64,000 nt of DNA, from NCBI GenBank assembly GCA_963702845.1, contig OY969763.1, forward strand, positions 1,888,001 through 1,952,000, given 5' to 3'. This document shows, piece by piece, positions 9,780 to 19,778 of this stretch. Each line of letters opens with the position of its first letter. The first letter of the stretch is position 1. Origin of the DNA: an uncultured Verrucomicrobiae bacterium. GTDB lineage: Bacteria; Verrucomicrobiota; Verrucomicrobiia; Limisphaerales; Palsa-1400. Made by a program: the position numbers and the translations under genes. The notes under the pieces were generated by a model. That model did not search any database. It saw only the letters and a program-made list of their open reading frames with translations, and was not told where the DNA came from.

Positions 9780-10691
9780 TCAGTTGAGAAGCGTGGAAGT
9801 CTCGCCAGCACGCCCGGTCTGCCAAATGTGCGAGAAAATCTCGCTTGGTTTCTCCGAAATGCTTCTGTCAGTGAATAGAAATAGCCCGTGACCGTGCTTT
9901 AATTGGCTACATGCATCCACCAAGGATTTCACCCGTGCTGCACTGATTGTGACGGTGAGGACGCGGAAGCGATGAAAGCCGTATCGTTTCTCGTATATGC
10001 GCTGCAACCATGTCGCCTCGTATGCGAGCAGTTTTCGAAGGAATGACGTTTGCAAGAAACTCTTCCGAATGACTGGCATCGTGCCGCGATCTGCTTCCAA
10101 AAAGAAACATGCCCTCTCGACTTTGCCATTCTCCGTCATGTATTCCAGTGCGAACACACGGTCTGGCGTTGTGGTCAGCCGAACCTGCGGGGCGATATTA
10201 ACCCGCCACTGAAACGGCTTTTCCTTTCCTCGAACCTGTAGTTCTTCCTCGGTGAGCAAGCGAATGCCTCGTTTACGACATGCAAGTTCCAATGCGACCA
10301 TGAAGTCTGAAACCAACAGAGCGTGTTCCAAGTACATGCGCTCGAGCTTTTGATTCTTTTCGCTCCACCGCTCATAGTGGCCTCCCAACTTGGTCTCCCG
10401 CTGAAGCAGTTTAATGCTCTTGTCTGCCAGAGCGCAGATGATCTCGCGCGAACCGCCCTTGTGATAATACTCCAGTTGGGCGCGCGGGCGCTCCAGATAT
10501 CCGTGATGATAGAGCGATTGAAGTCGACGCACGATACCCTGATGACTACCGCCAATAAGCGAGACGATATGCGAAGAACGCAGAAAACGATGCCGATGGA
10601 TGAGCCGGAGGATTTCGCGGTCGCGAGGCGTGAGGTAAATGGGGGCAACCGATGTGGTGCGCGTGAAGCGGGGAAGACGATGAAACTCCAT
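9780..10691 (-). CDS. Replication-relaxation (Replic_Relax) family protein
   Basis: N-terminal wHTH LTPRDREIL...RRLQSLYHHGYL; HALLVSD, PDRVF, FLEADRGTM. Confidence 0.8.
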   Translation of the reverse strand: MEFHRLPRFTRTTSVAPIYLTPRDREILRLIHRHRFLRSSHIVSLIGGSHQGIVRRLQSLYHHGYLERPRAQLEYYHKGGSREIICALADKSIKLLQRETKLGGHYERWSEKNQKLERMYLEHALLVSDFMVALELACRKRGIRLLTEEELQVRGKEKPFQWRVNIAPQVRLTTTPDRVFALEYMTENGKVERACFFLEADRGTMPVIRKSFLQTSFLRKLLAYEATWLQRIYEKRYGFHRFRVLTVTISAARVKSLVDACSQLKHGHGLFLFTDRSISEKPSEIFSHIWQTGRAGETSTLLN

Positions 10692-10729
10692 CGTGCCACT
10701 CTATCGGACACAACGAAGTGGGGAAGACA

Positions 10730-10987
10730 CTACGGTTTGCTTTTGCCGGCAGATTTGTGCGCTCTCGTGATGATCTTTGCCAAATCAACGCCGATGCCAT
10801 CCGCAAGCCGCAAGGCGGTTTCCAACGACGGTTTTCGCAGGCCGCGTTCAACGTAGCCGACCATTTGCTGCGATAATCCGCAGCGCTGCTCGACGGCGTA
10901 TTTGGTCAATCCACGCTGCTTCCGTTCGGCAGCGAGCATTCGCACGATGCGCTCGCTTCGTTCGGCGTAGGACTTGTGAGCATTCAC
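10730..10987 (-). CDS. XRE family transcriptional regulator
   Basis: GLSQQMVGYVERGLRKPSLETALRLADGIGV. Confidence 0.85.
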   Translation of the reverse strand: MNAHKSYAERSERIVRMLAAERKQRGLTKYAVEQRCGLSQQMVGYVERGLRKPSLETALRLADGIGVDLAKIITRAHKSAGKSKP

Positions 10988-11047
10988 TCGGGCAGGCTAT
11001 GCGTGATTGCGTTTGACACGATACGACACAACTGTTACGTACTGGCC

Positions 11048-11290
11048 ATGATCTTCATGAAGCGCATTGGACCGGATCCTCACGAAGGCGGTGCGGCAAC
11101 CCCTGGCTGCCGCGGTTGTCCTGATATCTGGGAGCTCGACAACGGCGATTTCGCCGTTATCGGTGCGGACATTACTGAACTTTCCTCATCGCTTCCGGCC
11201 TCGGCAAATTGTGGGCCGGATGAGCGTATCGTGCGCATTCCTCGTAAAACCTTGGTTCGGGCAAAGAACGATATCCCCAATTCCCTCTGA
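11048..11290 (+). CDS. Small hypothetical protein, divergent from XRE
   Basis: GCPDIWELDNGDFAVIG...ERIVRIPR; protein-like composition. Confidence 0.6.
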   Translation: MIFMKRIGPDPHEGGAATPGCRGCPDIWELDNGDFAVIGADITELSSSLPASANCGPDERIVRIPRKTLVRAKNDIPNSL

Positions 11291-11325
11291 CGAGTACTTC
11301 TGCACTTCGTCCTCGCCGTGGTATC

Positions 11326-11796
11326 ATGGTCGGCATGACAGGTTTGCAATGGGTAATCGACAATTGGCCGGTTGAAATCAATGCCATTGGGGTGATTGGC
11401 GGCCTCGTTTTCGCCGCGATTGCATACCGTTCTGAGGCTAAGACTAGGCGCATCGCCAACCTGCTCACGATCACGGCCAATCGCGAGCACATATGGAAGA
11501 AGTTCTACTCGCGGCCGGAATTGACTCGTGTCGTCGATCCATCGGTCGACTTAGTGAAGAAGCCCATTACGCCTGCGGAAGAGGAGTTCGTCACATCCGT
11601 CATTCTTCACATCAACAGTGCCTATTACGCCATGAAGGACGATTTGGTTGTGAAACTCGAAGAACTGCGCTGGGACGTGGGCGCATTCATGTCGCTGCCG
11701 CTGCCCCGAGCAGTTTGGGAGAAGACCAAGAAATATCAGAACAGTGATTTCATCGCGTTCGTGGAGATGTGTAGGACGGGGGGGCGTTTGCTTTAA
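11326..11796 (+). CDS. Hypothetical membrane-anchored protein
   Basis: N-terminal TM segment; clean ORF. Confidence 0.55.
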   Translation: MVGMTGLQWVIDNWPVEINAIGVIGGLVFAAIAYRSEAKTRRIANLLTITANREHIWKKFYSRPELTRVVDPSVDLVKKPITPAEEEFVTSVILHINSAYYAMKDDLVVKLEELRWDVGAFMSLPLPRAVWEKTKKYQNSDFIAFVEMCRTGGRLL

Positions 11797-11969
11797 AGTT
11801 GGTGGCGATCGTCGCGCGAAGTGTGGAGCGAAGATGCACTTTCATTACCAGAGAAAGCGATATCGAGCGATGGTTTCGTCTTCTGCGCGCGCTGCCGGCG
11901 GTGTGAGGAAGAAACGCCAACCTCGGACAAGTTGCAGATGTATTTGTGTATGGTACAATTGCCGCTGCC

Positions 11970-12245
11970 ATGAAACGCCCAATGAGCATCCGCGAAGAAG
12001 CCAATGCGCTCACCTGCTGCGCCGTGCGCAACGGATATCTTGAGGAACTCCATGCCGGCAAGCATTCAGCGCTCTTGGAAACTCCCGGCCTTTCGCGCAT
12101 CACGGACGCCGAGATGAAGAAGCTAATGATCCAAATTTCATCGAAGGTCTCCGAGCTCCTTTCGCTCAGAGAGACTAATCCGGACGAATACTGGCGGCAA
12201 ATGACGTTATTCAACGACCGTTACTGCGGCCGGTGGGAGAAGTAG
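11970..12245 (+). CDS. Hypothetical protein
   Basis: RNGYLEELHAG...SRITDAEMKKLM; abuts the convergent ATPase gene. Confidence 0.55.
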   Translation: MKRPMSIREEANALTCCAVRNGYLEELHAGKHSALLETPGLSRITDAEMKKLMIQISSKVSELLSLRETNPDEYWRQMTLFNDRYCGRWEK

Positions 12246-13544
12246 CTAATTCGGAGGAGAGACCATGCCGGCTCGCGCCATCCAGCGGTTGAGTTTCTCG
12301 TCTATCTTCGAACGACGTACAGCATATCGCATCCGAGATTGGGCGATACGGACGTCTTTCCTATTCATTGGGCTTTCGAGAGGTGGATGTGTCTTCGCTC
12401 GGAACGGCTCCTTGTTGGTTCCGTGGTCGAGGAGTTTCAGCGCCACCTCGAAGCGGCCAAGATCGGCAAGCGCGCTTGGCGGGAAAGTTTTCCCGAATTC
12501 TTTTTCCATGATCTCTGCGTCGGCGTAGCCGATGCGGAATGTAATAACAGTTCCCACGTTTCCGAATACCGCCTGACGCACGGGTAAAGAGAGTTGATCT
12601 ATGTATTGGTGCGAGAGAATGAGACAGAGTCGGTACCTGCGCGCTTCGGCGAGAATTGAAGCGAATGCATCAGTTGAGAAATTCTGGAACTCGTCAATGA
12701 ACAGGTAAAAATCACGTCGTTGCGATTCTGGAACGTTGGAGCGGGCCATCGCCGCCAGCTGGAATTGTGTGACAAGCAACGAGCCAAGCAGGTTTGCTTT
12801 CTCGTGTCCCAAGTGGCCTTTGGACAGATTGGCAATGAACAAACGGCCGTTGTCCATGACGAACGGAATACTCACTTTGTTCTTCACTTGGCCGAGAATG
12901 TTGCGAATCACCGGGCTCATCAGAAACTGGCCAAGCTTGTTTTGGATCGGCGCGATTGCTTCGCGGCGGAATCGGTCGTCATATCCGGCGTATTCCTCGG
13001 CCCAAAACGCTTTGATGAACGGGTCCTTGATTTGCCGGATCACTTTTTCCCGGTATGCATCGTCCGTGAGCATTCGGCTCACGCCAAGCAGCGTCGCATT
13101 CCGACAATCCAGAAGCGCAGCAACGGCATTGTAGAGGATGTATTCAAGCCTCGGCCCCCAGGAATCTCGCCAGATGCCTTTGAACGCCGAAACAATGCCC
13201 GATGCAACAAGGTGCCGGTCGTCCGGAGCAACATTGGTGAGCACGTTGAAGCCGATGGGGAAGTCCAAATCCCCCGGATTGAAATACACAACGTGATCAG
13301 TGCGTTTGGGCGGGATGTAGTCCAGGATTTCTTCGGCCAAATCGCCGTGCGGATCGATCAAACCAACGCCATGGCCTAACGCGATGTGCTGAACGATCAT
13401 GTTTTTAAGGAGCGTCGTCTTGCCGGAACCCGTCTTGCCAATGATATAGATGTGGTGGCGTTGGTCCTTTTCAGAAATGCCAAAAGGCAGGGCCTGTCCC
13501 CAGCCCTCACGCTCTCCGATCGTGATGTAGTCTTCGGGATTCAT
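12246..13544 (-). CDS. VirD4/TraD-like coupling ATPase (HerA/FtsK superfamily)
   Basis: HIYIIGKTGSGKT (Walker A), IDPHGDL, LFIDEFQNF (Walker B), EARRY, SHQY, GNVGT. Confidence 0.9.
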   Translation of the reverse strand: MNPEDYITIGEREGWGQALPFGISEKDQRHHIYIIGKTGSGKTTLLKNMIVQHIALGHGVGLIDPHGDLAEEILDYIPPKRTDHVVYFNPGDLDFPIGFNVLTNVAPDDRHLVASGIVSAFKGIWRDSWGPRLEYILYNAVAALLDCRNATLLGVSRMLTDDAYREKVIRQIKDPFIKAFWAEEYAGYDDRFRREAIAPIQNKLGQFLMSPVIRNILGQVKNKVSIPFVMDNGRLFIANLSKGHLGHEKANLLGSLLVTQFQLAAMARSNVPESQRRDFYLFIDEFQNFSTDAFASILAEARRYRLCLILSHQYIDQLSLPVRQAVFGNVGTVITFRIGYADAEIMEKEFGKTFPPSALADLGRFEVALKLLDHGTNKEPFRAKTHPPLESPMNRKDVRIAQSRMRYAVRRSKIDEKLNRWMARAGMVSPPN

Positions 13545-13959
13545 GGTTCCGGCACCAGCCGCAACACTCCACCGCACAGTGAAAACCCGCCTTCCTGTTT
13601 AGGCTTTCAGGTGCGACTTCCTTGGGAATCGTCGGCAGAATGCTTTTGGAGCAGCCGACGCGGTAATGGCGGCTGGTGTCGAAACCCGAACCCTTTCGGT
13701 GCCGTATCGTAGCACGGCACGTTTGGGCGGACGCGCCCTGCGGCGCGACTGATTTTGTAAAACGCCCATACTGGGCGGCGCTTTTTCCTCACTGCCAGCA
13801 AATGGCAGTGTCTTGACCGAATAGTCGTTCCGCCAGTCCTCCGCGCTCTACGCGAACGCTTCGCGCTAGCGAGCGCGTGTATCCTCCACGTTTTACGCGT
13901 GAACGGTCGTGATAACGAAGACGTGATTTGTGCGATAGCACCTTCTCTCAAAACCCGTC

Positions 13960-14107
13960 CCCCAACGTGTCGGCGTCTAAGGGAGGATACGACCGTGCGG
14001 CCGACATAAACGGTTTTTGGTTAAAGGACAGCGGATAGATGTCCTTTATACCCGATAGCCGGAGGAAAAAGCGTTTATGTCGGGCGGTAGCCGACGACAC
14101 GTTGGGG
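13960..14107. repeat. Large nested inverted repeat (~150-nt hairpin)
   Basis: CCCCAACGTGTCG 13960-72 / 14095-107; CCGACATAAACG 14001-12 / 14072-83; TAAAGGACA 14022-30 / 14040-48. Confidence 0.85.
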
Positions 14108-14293
14108 AACTCGTTGTGCGCGGTTAAGCCGTATACGTAAGGTCGTGACGGGCGTCTGCCCCTACATACCATGTATGTAGCTCGTGGCGCGCGCGTCGGA
14201 GATAATGCTTTCGCATTCGCACGTGAAGAGCGTCCATCGCTTTGCGCCGTGATCTTCATTCAAAATTGACAGAGTCGATCGGTCACGTTTCAG

Positions 14294-14650
14294 TTGCTGA
14301 GTGATTACCCAGTATTTAGCCGAAGCCCTCTTGGGGATGACGCATTTAAAAGGTGGGCTGCGGACAATCTCGAGCCAGCGCCCTTCAAGCCTTCGTTTGA
14401 GGCCAGAGATTTGGCACCTGACACAAGCCTCCGCCGTTTCATGGACTTGCCAAAATTGTTCGATATTTTGACGAGGTAACGCTTTGTCCTACCACAACTT
14501 GGTCGATTGATGGAGAGAGACCCATTCGAGTGCAACGCTCGGAGATTATTTACTGAGATGGGCCGTGAAGAACTGGAAAAGTTTGTTGTGCTGCGTAAAT
14601 CGTATGCACCGAACCTGGAAATTGGTTATCGCTCCAAGAACCCCGGATAA
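14294..14650 (+). pseudogene. DUF2971-like N-terminal remnant
   Basis: LRRFMDLPKLFDIL, in-frame TAA at 14477, then RFVLPQLGRLMERDPFE. Confidence 0.45.
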
Positions 14651-14767
14651 AATCGCTCAGCATAAACTTGCCAGGTTGTATTTTGAAATTGCGCGCATAT
14701 TTGAAAGGCAATCTCATTAACTGCGTTCACTCTCTACTGGACCGACCAGATACTCAACTGGCAGTTA

Positions 14768-15346
14768 CTAATTACACAATCGGCCTGCGGATAAGATGGT
14801 TCTGATTACTTTTGATTCAGTGTCAGTCGTCCCGTCTAACACCAAGACTTGTGGGATTGTCTCCGCAAGTTGATGGAGATGTCGGTCGACGGTTGATCTG
14901 AAACCTTCATCAGTGTCGCGCGGCTTTTCGGGATCGATTGTAACCGGTGCTGTGGCTTTCGAGTATATTAGACAGCCGTAGGTCAAACAGTGGTGGGCAA
15001 CTAACTCGCGGAGGTATGCTTGGCGCCGCGTATCGAGCTTTTCATTCCGGAATTCAAACGCCGCCAGCTGATAGCCAAGCGCGTCGACCGGAGGCCGGTC
15101 GACAAGCAGAATATCTTGCGTTTTGTGTTCGAGTTCCAAGCTAATTCCTCGTGCCATCATCCACAATGTGCTCTCAAATGTATGATTCGCTAGGATTGGA
15201 AATCCGCGATCCCGGGCCTCCACAGCCAAACCACCGAGAGTTTTTACTGACAATCCTCGGTTTACGAGTTCCGCCTCAAGCTTTTTCAAAAAGCTCGACT
15301 TGCCCGTAGAATGGGTGCCGAAAATTCCGATTTTAAATTGAGCCAT
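14768..15346 (-). CDS. P-loop nucleotide-kinase-like protein (AAA_28/NadR/thymidylate kinase-like)
   Basis: KIGIFGTHSTGKS, LLVDRPPVDALGY, RDTDEGFR; start overlaps the upstream radical SAM stop. Confidence 0.8.
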   Translation of the reverse strand: MAQFKIGIFGTHSTGKSSFLKKLEAELVNRGLSVKTLGGLAVEARDRGFPILANHTFESTLWMMARGISLELEHKTQDILLVDRPPVDALGYQLAAFEFRNEKLDTRRQAYLRELVAHHCLTYGCLIYSKATAPVTIDPEKPRDTDEGFRSTVDRHLHQLAETIPQVLVLDGTTDTESKVIRTILSAGRLCN

Positions 15347-16475
15347 TATCGTTCCATCCAATGTCAGCACGTCCGTGTCGCCCAATTTTATGTGGGTGTT
15401 TTCGATCGTGCACCTGAAAACGAAGATTATGCTGCAAAAAATACCGATATTGTTCGTCCAAATCATCGAATTCGATGGCCCGGTCAGTTATCGAGAAAGA
15501 TTTATCGGTTCTGCCGATTGCCTTTAATAAGAGTGAGACGGCGGAGTCGTCGGGTCGTCGATGGCGATGCGAGCACAAATCTACTTGGCCTCTTGGGCAA
15601 ATATCGCAAAGCTCGGTGATTCCGAAATGCCCGTTATAATCTGCGTCGCCGTGTGCAAAACAAACGCCGCACGAAGTCTTTCTGAAAAGTTTGTGCCTTT
15701 CGCCGGCGGTAGTAAATGTGGCGATGATTTGGCGTTCAAGATCTTCAGGCAAGATTTTTCGACGGGCTGTGGCCCCGTACGGTTCCGGCAAACCAGCCTG
15801 TTGATAGAATGCTTTTATCTCGTCTCTATAGAATAGCCCCGTGAAGACCGTCGCGTGCGAATGTCGGCTTAAATCAACCGCCTTCGTGATGTCCTCATCT
15901 CGGTCGTTAAGTCCAGGGACGATTGGCCGCCAATATTGCACGACTCGAAACCGCTCGGCCTGCGAGTAAGCTAACTTCAGCGAGTGCTCGGCAATCGAAC
16001 TGTCGATAGGTTCGATGCGACCGTCCTGAATTCCAGAATGTGTGATCAATAACGTAATCCGCAAGGAGCGCAGAGCATTCAACCTCATGCAATCTTCTGC
16101 GAGCACTTTGTACCGGCTGATCACGAGAACGTGGTTCTTCAGTTGCATTGCATCCATCGCATTTAAGACAGCAAACAGGTGCGGTTTAACCGTTGGTAGA
16201 AATGGATCGGTCGCACGGTTGAAAATCTGGATCGGCGTGATGTCTCTACGGAAAAATTTGTGCCCGATTAGCAGGCCAACCGCCTCGTTATCGGACATGA
16301 GGAGCGCGGGTTCCTTCATCTCGAAATTATTGAACAGATGCCGAACGCAATAGGCACAATCAAGTGGACATCCGATGACGTGATTTAAGCTTAACCCTGA
16401 CTTCCGGTACTCAATCGGGTCCTGTAGGCTGGAATTCAAGCCCACCCATTGAGATTGCGAAATGTGTCTCAACAT
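15333..16475 (-). CDS. Radical SAM protein, SplB-like
   Basis: SLNHVIGCPLDCAYC, ATDPF, RIEP, RPIVPGLND. Confidence 0.85.
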   Translation of the reverse strand: MLRHISQSQWVGLNSSLQDPIEYRKSGLSLNHVIGCPLDCAYCVRHLFNNFEMKEPALLMSDNEAVGLLIGHKFFRRDITPIQIFNRATDPFLPTVKPHLFAVLNAMDAMQLKNHVLVISRYKVLAEDCMRLNALRSLRITLLITHSGIQDGRIEPIDSSIAEHSLKLAYSQAERFRVVQYWRPIVPGLNDRDEDITKAVDLSRHSHATVFTGLFYRDEIKAFYQQAGLPEPYGATARRKILPEDLERQIIATFTTAGERHKLFRKTSCGVCFAHGDADYNGHFGITELCDICPRGQVDLCSHRHRRPDDSAVSLLLKAIGRTDKSFSITDRAIEFDDLDEQYRYFLQHNLRFQVHDRKHPHKIGRHGRADIGWNDNGSI

Positions 16476-16887
16476 AAAAAATTACCGTAATTCGGTTTGC
16501 GGCCTGGTCAATCATTCTTCGGTTTCAATACGGAATAGTGTTGAGTTAGTACCGCTGTCTATAAAACATGGGCACTGCTGCGTTTCAACGCAACGAGCAC
16601 GCCTTAGTGCTGAAACACTGGTTCTGCAACGAAGCTGAATCGAAACGCCTTAAGTTAGCAAATGCTTTTTCTTTTTAGCCGCTCTGTTTCTCGCTCGCGT
16701 GTTACGGCTTCGACCGGCCTGCAATAGGCCTTCATGTCTTCGATTTCGCCGTGATCGATCGGGTCAGGGAGAGAAATGTTCAGCTGTATGAGAAGGCCGT
16801 ATTCAATAAGTTTTCTAACCGCGTCGAGTCAGGACCCCGGCACTGAGGGTACCCCCATCACCGGCGGTAGTTGCCAATTCTCACCGG

Positions 16888-17175
16888 TTACGTCGGTTGC
16901 AAGTTATACCACGTGCTGCCGTTAGATTCCGTGACGAGGACAGAATAGTCTTTCACGACGGCAGCTGCCCCCTGCTTAGCTGCGTCGAGCACCTGTTGGC
17001 TAGTCCAATTAGCGTCTAGAAAATATTCGGCCGGGGGAAGCTTGTACGTTTTCGGCTCCGACGACCTTATCGTCCGGGAAAAGCCTCGTTTTTCCATTTC
17101 CGCATGGAGTTTCGTATATTCGGCAGCGTCATGCCGGATTCCATGCAACTCGACTCGTGTTATGAACCGTGCCAT
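16888..17175 (-). CDS. DUF2622/GhoS-like protein
   Basis: MARFITRVELH...YTKLHAEMEKRGFSRTI...YKLPPAEY. Confidence 0.65.
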   Translation of the reverse strand: MARFITRVELHGIRHDAAEYTKLHAEMEKRGFSRTIRSSEPKTYKLPPAEYFLDANWTSQQVLDAAKQGAAAVVKDYSVLVTESNGSTWYNLQPT

Positions 17176-17185
17176 ACGTACGTGA

Positions 17186-17575
17186 TTAATCCGAAATGAT
17201 GTACAGCCCTAGAACGATCGCCGCCAAAGCAAAAGCCGCGGACAACTGAGGGCTCGTCGCCTTACCAGTCTGGGAGTAGTTCGCGTAATGCTCACAATTG
17301 AATTTCCACAGATCGTATTTCGTTCCCAAGAGAGATAGAGCGCGTTGGACGACCTGCGTTCGAGCGAAACTGTCTGCTGGTGCGGGAATTTCGATCGAAA
17401 CTGCGGAACCGCCCAAGAATTTTTCGAAGGTCGAGAGGATCACGACGCCCGTTTTCTTGTCGTTATGAGCCACGCAGCGCCCGTCTAACCGCGGGCCCAA
17501 ATAGATGCCGACGTGGCGATATAAAAACCTCTGCACTTGAATCTTGTCTCCCGCCGCTAGTGTGTGCGATTGCAT
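17186..17575 (-). CDS. LRAT-family (permuted NlpC/P60) acyltransferase/phospholipase
   Basis: YRHVGIYLG, VAHN, YDLWKFNCEHY; C-terminal TM. Confidence 0.8.
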   Translation of the reverse strand: MQSHTLAAGDKIQVQRFLYRHVGIYLGPRLDGRCVAHNDKKTGVVILSTFEKFLGGSAVSIEIPAPADSFARTQVVQRALSLLGTKYDLWKFNCEHYANYSQTGKATSPQLSAAFALAAIVLGLYIISD

Positions 17576-17746
17576 GGCACCCCATATGTTGTACAGGGCG
17601 GGCTCAAGTGTCAAGCGAATGTCTAAATCCCTTCCGCGGTTGCAAAATTTACGCGCGACTAGCGGTGTTGAATTTGGCCAGCAGACGGTTCGGTGAATCA
17701 AGATTTGGCCTATTTTCTGAAAACATTTTGTCATGATTCCGCGGTA

Positions 17747-18361
17747 TCAGCGCAACGGGACCACTGTCCAGCCAAATGGTTGGCGATACGCTTCCGCCAT
17801 CACTTGGCCCATTATCACAGAATAGTGCGCGACGGTGTAATCTTCATCGTCATTATGTTCGCGGACCAGACGGGCCGCCCATTCGGCGTCAGGAACAACA
17901 ATCTTTGCATCCACGGAACTGAGTTCCAATCGTTCGCAAGGTATTCTCCATTCGCGTTCCCAAGTGAAGTCCGAGAACTCGAAACCTTCGCGTATCTCAT
18001 ATAGCATGTGCCGCCAGCGATGGCTTTTTGGCAGTGCGTCATACTCGGCGTTTGTCTGGTATATGACTGGACGGCCTCCTTGAGCGAACAGCCATTTCTT
18101 GGCCACCATGATACCGAATGGGGAATAACGGGAATAGTAGTCTTCATTGAGCAAGCCCTCGCCGAGACTGGAAAGGGGCGCCTCGGAGAAGCATACGCAC
18201 GGGAAACTTCCCTTAATGAGTCGGCCACTGCCCAAAAGGGTCTTTTCGTAGATAATCTTTTGAAGCCGCTGATATGCGGCTTCGTCTGAAACATCACTCG
18301 TAAAATGAATCAGATTCGGAGAAATATCCAACCTGCCCATAGGGCAAATAATCGTATCCAT
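17747..18361 (-). CDS. AbiGi-like protein
   Basis: LIHFT, CVCFSEAPL, YSPFGI, GGRPVIY, WEREWR. Confidence 0.7.
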   Translation of the reverse strand: MDTIICPMGRLDISPNLIHFTSDVSDEAAYQRLQKIIYEKTLLGSGRLIKGSFPCVCFSEAPLSSLGEGLLNEDYYSRYSPFGIMVAKKWLFAQGGRPVIYQTNAEYDALPKSHRWRHMLYEIREGFEFSDFTWEREWRIPCERLELSSVDAKIVVPDAEWAARLVREHNDDEDYTVAHYSVIMGQVMAEAYRQPFGWTVVPLR

Positions 18362-19043
18362 GTCTTCAAAAAGCTAAAGCAAATATCGTCCGCAACTTAC
18401 CACACAGGAGCAATGCGCTTTGAAGTTTATCCCGAATTCGCCTGTGCTGTCGTCGATTCGAGAGATTACTGGTGCCATAGGACTGTCGTCTTCAGGATCT
18501 GGATATCGTGTCGTTCAAAGCTTAATGCGAAAGCGGCTTATTTCTCGTGATGCTGAAGGAAAGCCCCGTGTTGCTTAATAGCTTCTCGTTGTGCTGATGG
18601 CCCTCTAAATGAACCTCCCATTGCGTCCACGTTTTCGTTTGGAACCATCGGCGCGTTCTTATCAAACGGATAACGCCGAAAAACAGGGGACTGCGGATCG
18701 ATCTCTTTCCATATCTTTTCCAAGGCAACCTTGCCTTTGGTTCATCTTCCTTCACGCCCTGCACCATTGGGAGTAGATAGAACCAAATTTTTGTGGTCAA
18801 AAAAGCTAAGCAAATGCTGGGCCATTTTGATTTCGATTTTTTCGTCAAAAATCCAAAATCAGGCACCCATTTATCAAGATCGAACCGGCATCGATTCTAC
18901 GGCTTAAAATCGTGAGTACGGGTCGATGAAGAAACGCACGTCACCGAAGGAAATTTCGCTCTCGATATTGGCAGAACACGTCGATCACGCGACTGCTAGT
19001 ACCGCACTGGGCTGAGCAAGCGTATAACTAGGAGGAGGTTCTT

Positions 19044-19259
19044 ATGAAACGTGCATCAACCGTTTTCCGCGCCCTTAAGCTGTCTTTGTGGACTGCGTTT
19101 TGGGTATTTGCCGGGCTCACGGCACCGTTCGCATTCTCACCAATCCAAACGGAGCAAAAGGTAGCTCGAATCTATCAGTTCGCGGGTCAAATGGCGGCAA
19201 TAAGCGCATCAATTGTCTTCGTAGGGGCTCTGATACATTCGAGCAGGCGTAACCGATGA
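19044..19259 (+). CDS. Small two-TM protein
   Basis: Strong RBS AGGAGG; two hydrophobic segments; terminator follows. Confidence 0.6.
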   Translation: MKRASTVFRALKLSLWTAFWVFAGLTAPFAFSPIQTEQKVARIYQFAGQMAAISASIVFVGALIHSSRRNR

Positions 19260-19265
19260 AGACCG

Positions 19266-19294
19266 GCCTGGGGCAGAATAACCCAGGCTTTTTT
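19266..19294 (+). terminator. Intrinsic terminator
   Basis: GCCTGGG-N9-CCCAGGC-TTTTTT. Confidence 0.6.
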
Positions 19295-19295
19295 A

Positions 19296-19778
19296 TCAAT
19301 GATATCCGATCCAAATGGCGATATCGATTATCGGGAACGCCCAAAAAAACACCACTGGGAGCGCAGCGTATTTCGTTTTGACTTTTGAATCATCGATAGC
19401 TGAATACTGGCTTGCTGCCTGTTGAAGTTGGAACCGGTACGAATAGTAGCGCTTCAACAGGTTGAGCGTTAGCATCGAAAATAAAAGTGCAATTGTGATT
19501 TGAATAAATGTCCCGTAGAACCATCGTGAAAAAGGGAATACGGCCGCTGGCACAACGAACTGGTTGTGGGCGATCCCTTGCGCGATATCTCGCCTAATGA
19601 AGTATAAGGCAGATTCGACACCGGCCAATAACGCCATCCCCCACTGAATCAGAGAAAACAGCACGGCTCGATGATTCCTTATCTCCTCACGCAACCACTG
19701 CTCATGATTCTTCATCAATTCGACTTCCTCGTTCCGGCATTGAGGCTTCATATTGCAATATGCGTTTGTGGGGAACAC
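19296..19778 (-). CDS. Hypothetical three-TM membrane protein
   Basis: Hydrophobic segments; start uncertain. Confidence 0.5.
   Translation of the reverse strand: MFPTNAYCNMKPQCRNEEVELMKNHEQWLREEIRNHRAVLFSLIQWGMALLAGVESALYFIRRDIAQGIAHNQFVVPAAVFPFSRWFYGTFIQITIALLFSMLTLNLLKRYYSYRFQLQQAASQYSAIDDSKVKTKYAALPVVFFWAFPIIDIAIWIGYH

Larger units (their letters stand above)
6616..14260 (-). mobile_element. Conjugative/mobilisable element backbone (ends undefined; no integrase in window)
   Basis: Co-oriented N6-MTase, RadC, primase, Replic_Relax and VirD4-like ATPase, plus structured noncoding DNA. Confidence 0.7.

Noticed and set aside
12720..13379. 219-aa + strand ORF
   Set aside because: Antisense to the coupling ATPase.
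15333..16475. Calling this a viperin
   Set aside because: Motifs (LN..IGC..C.YC, TDPF, RPIVPG) are SplB-like; only an analogy is supportable.
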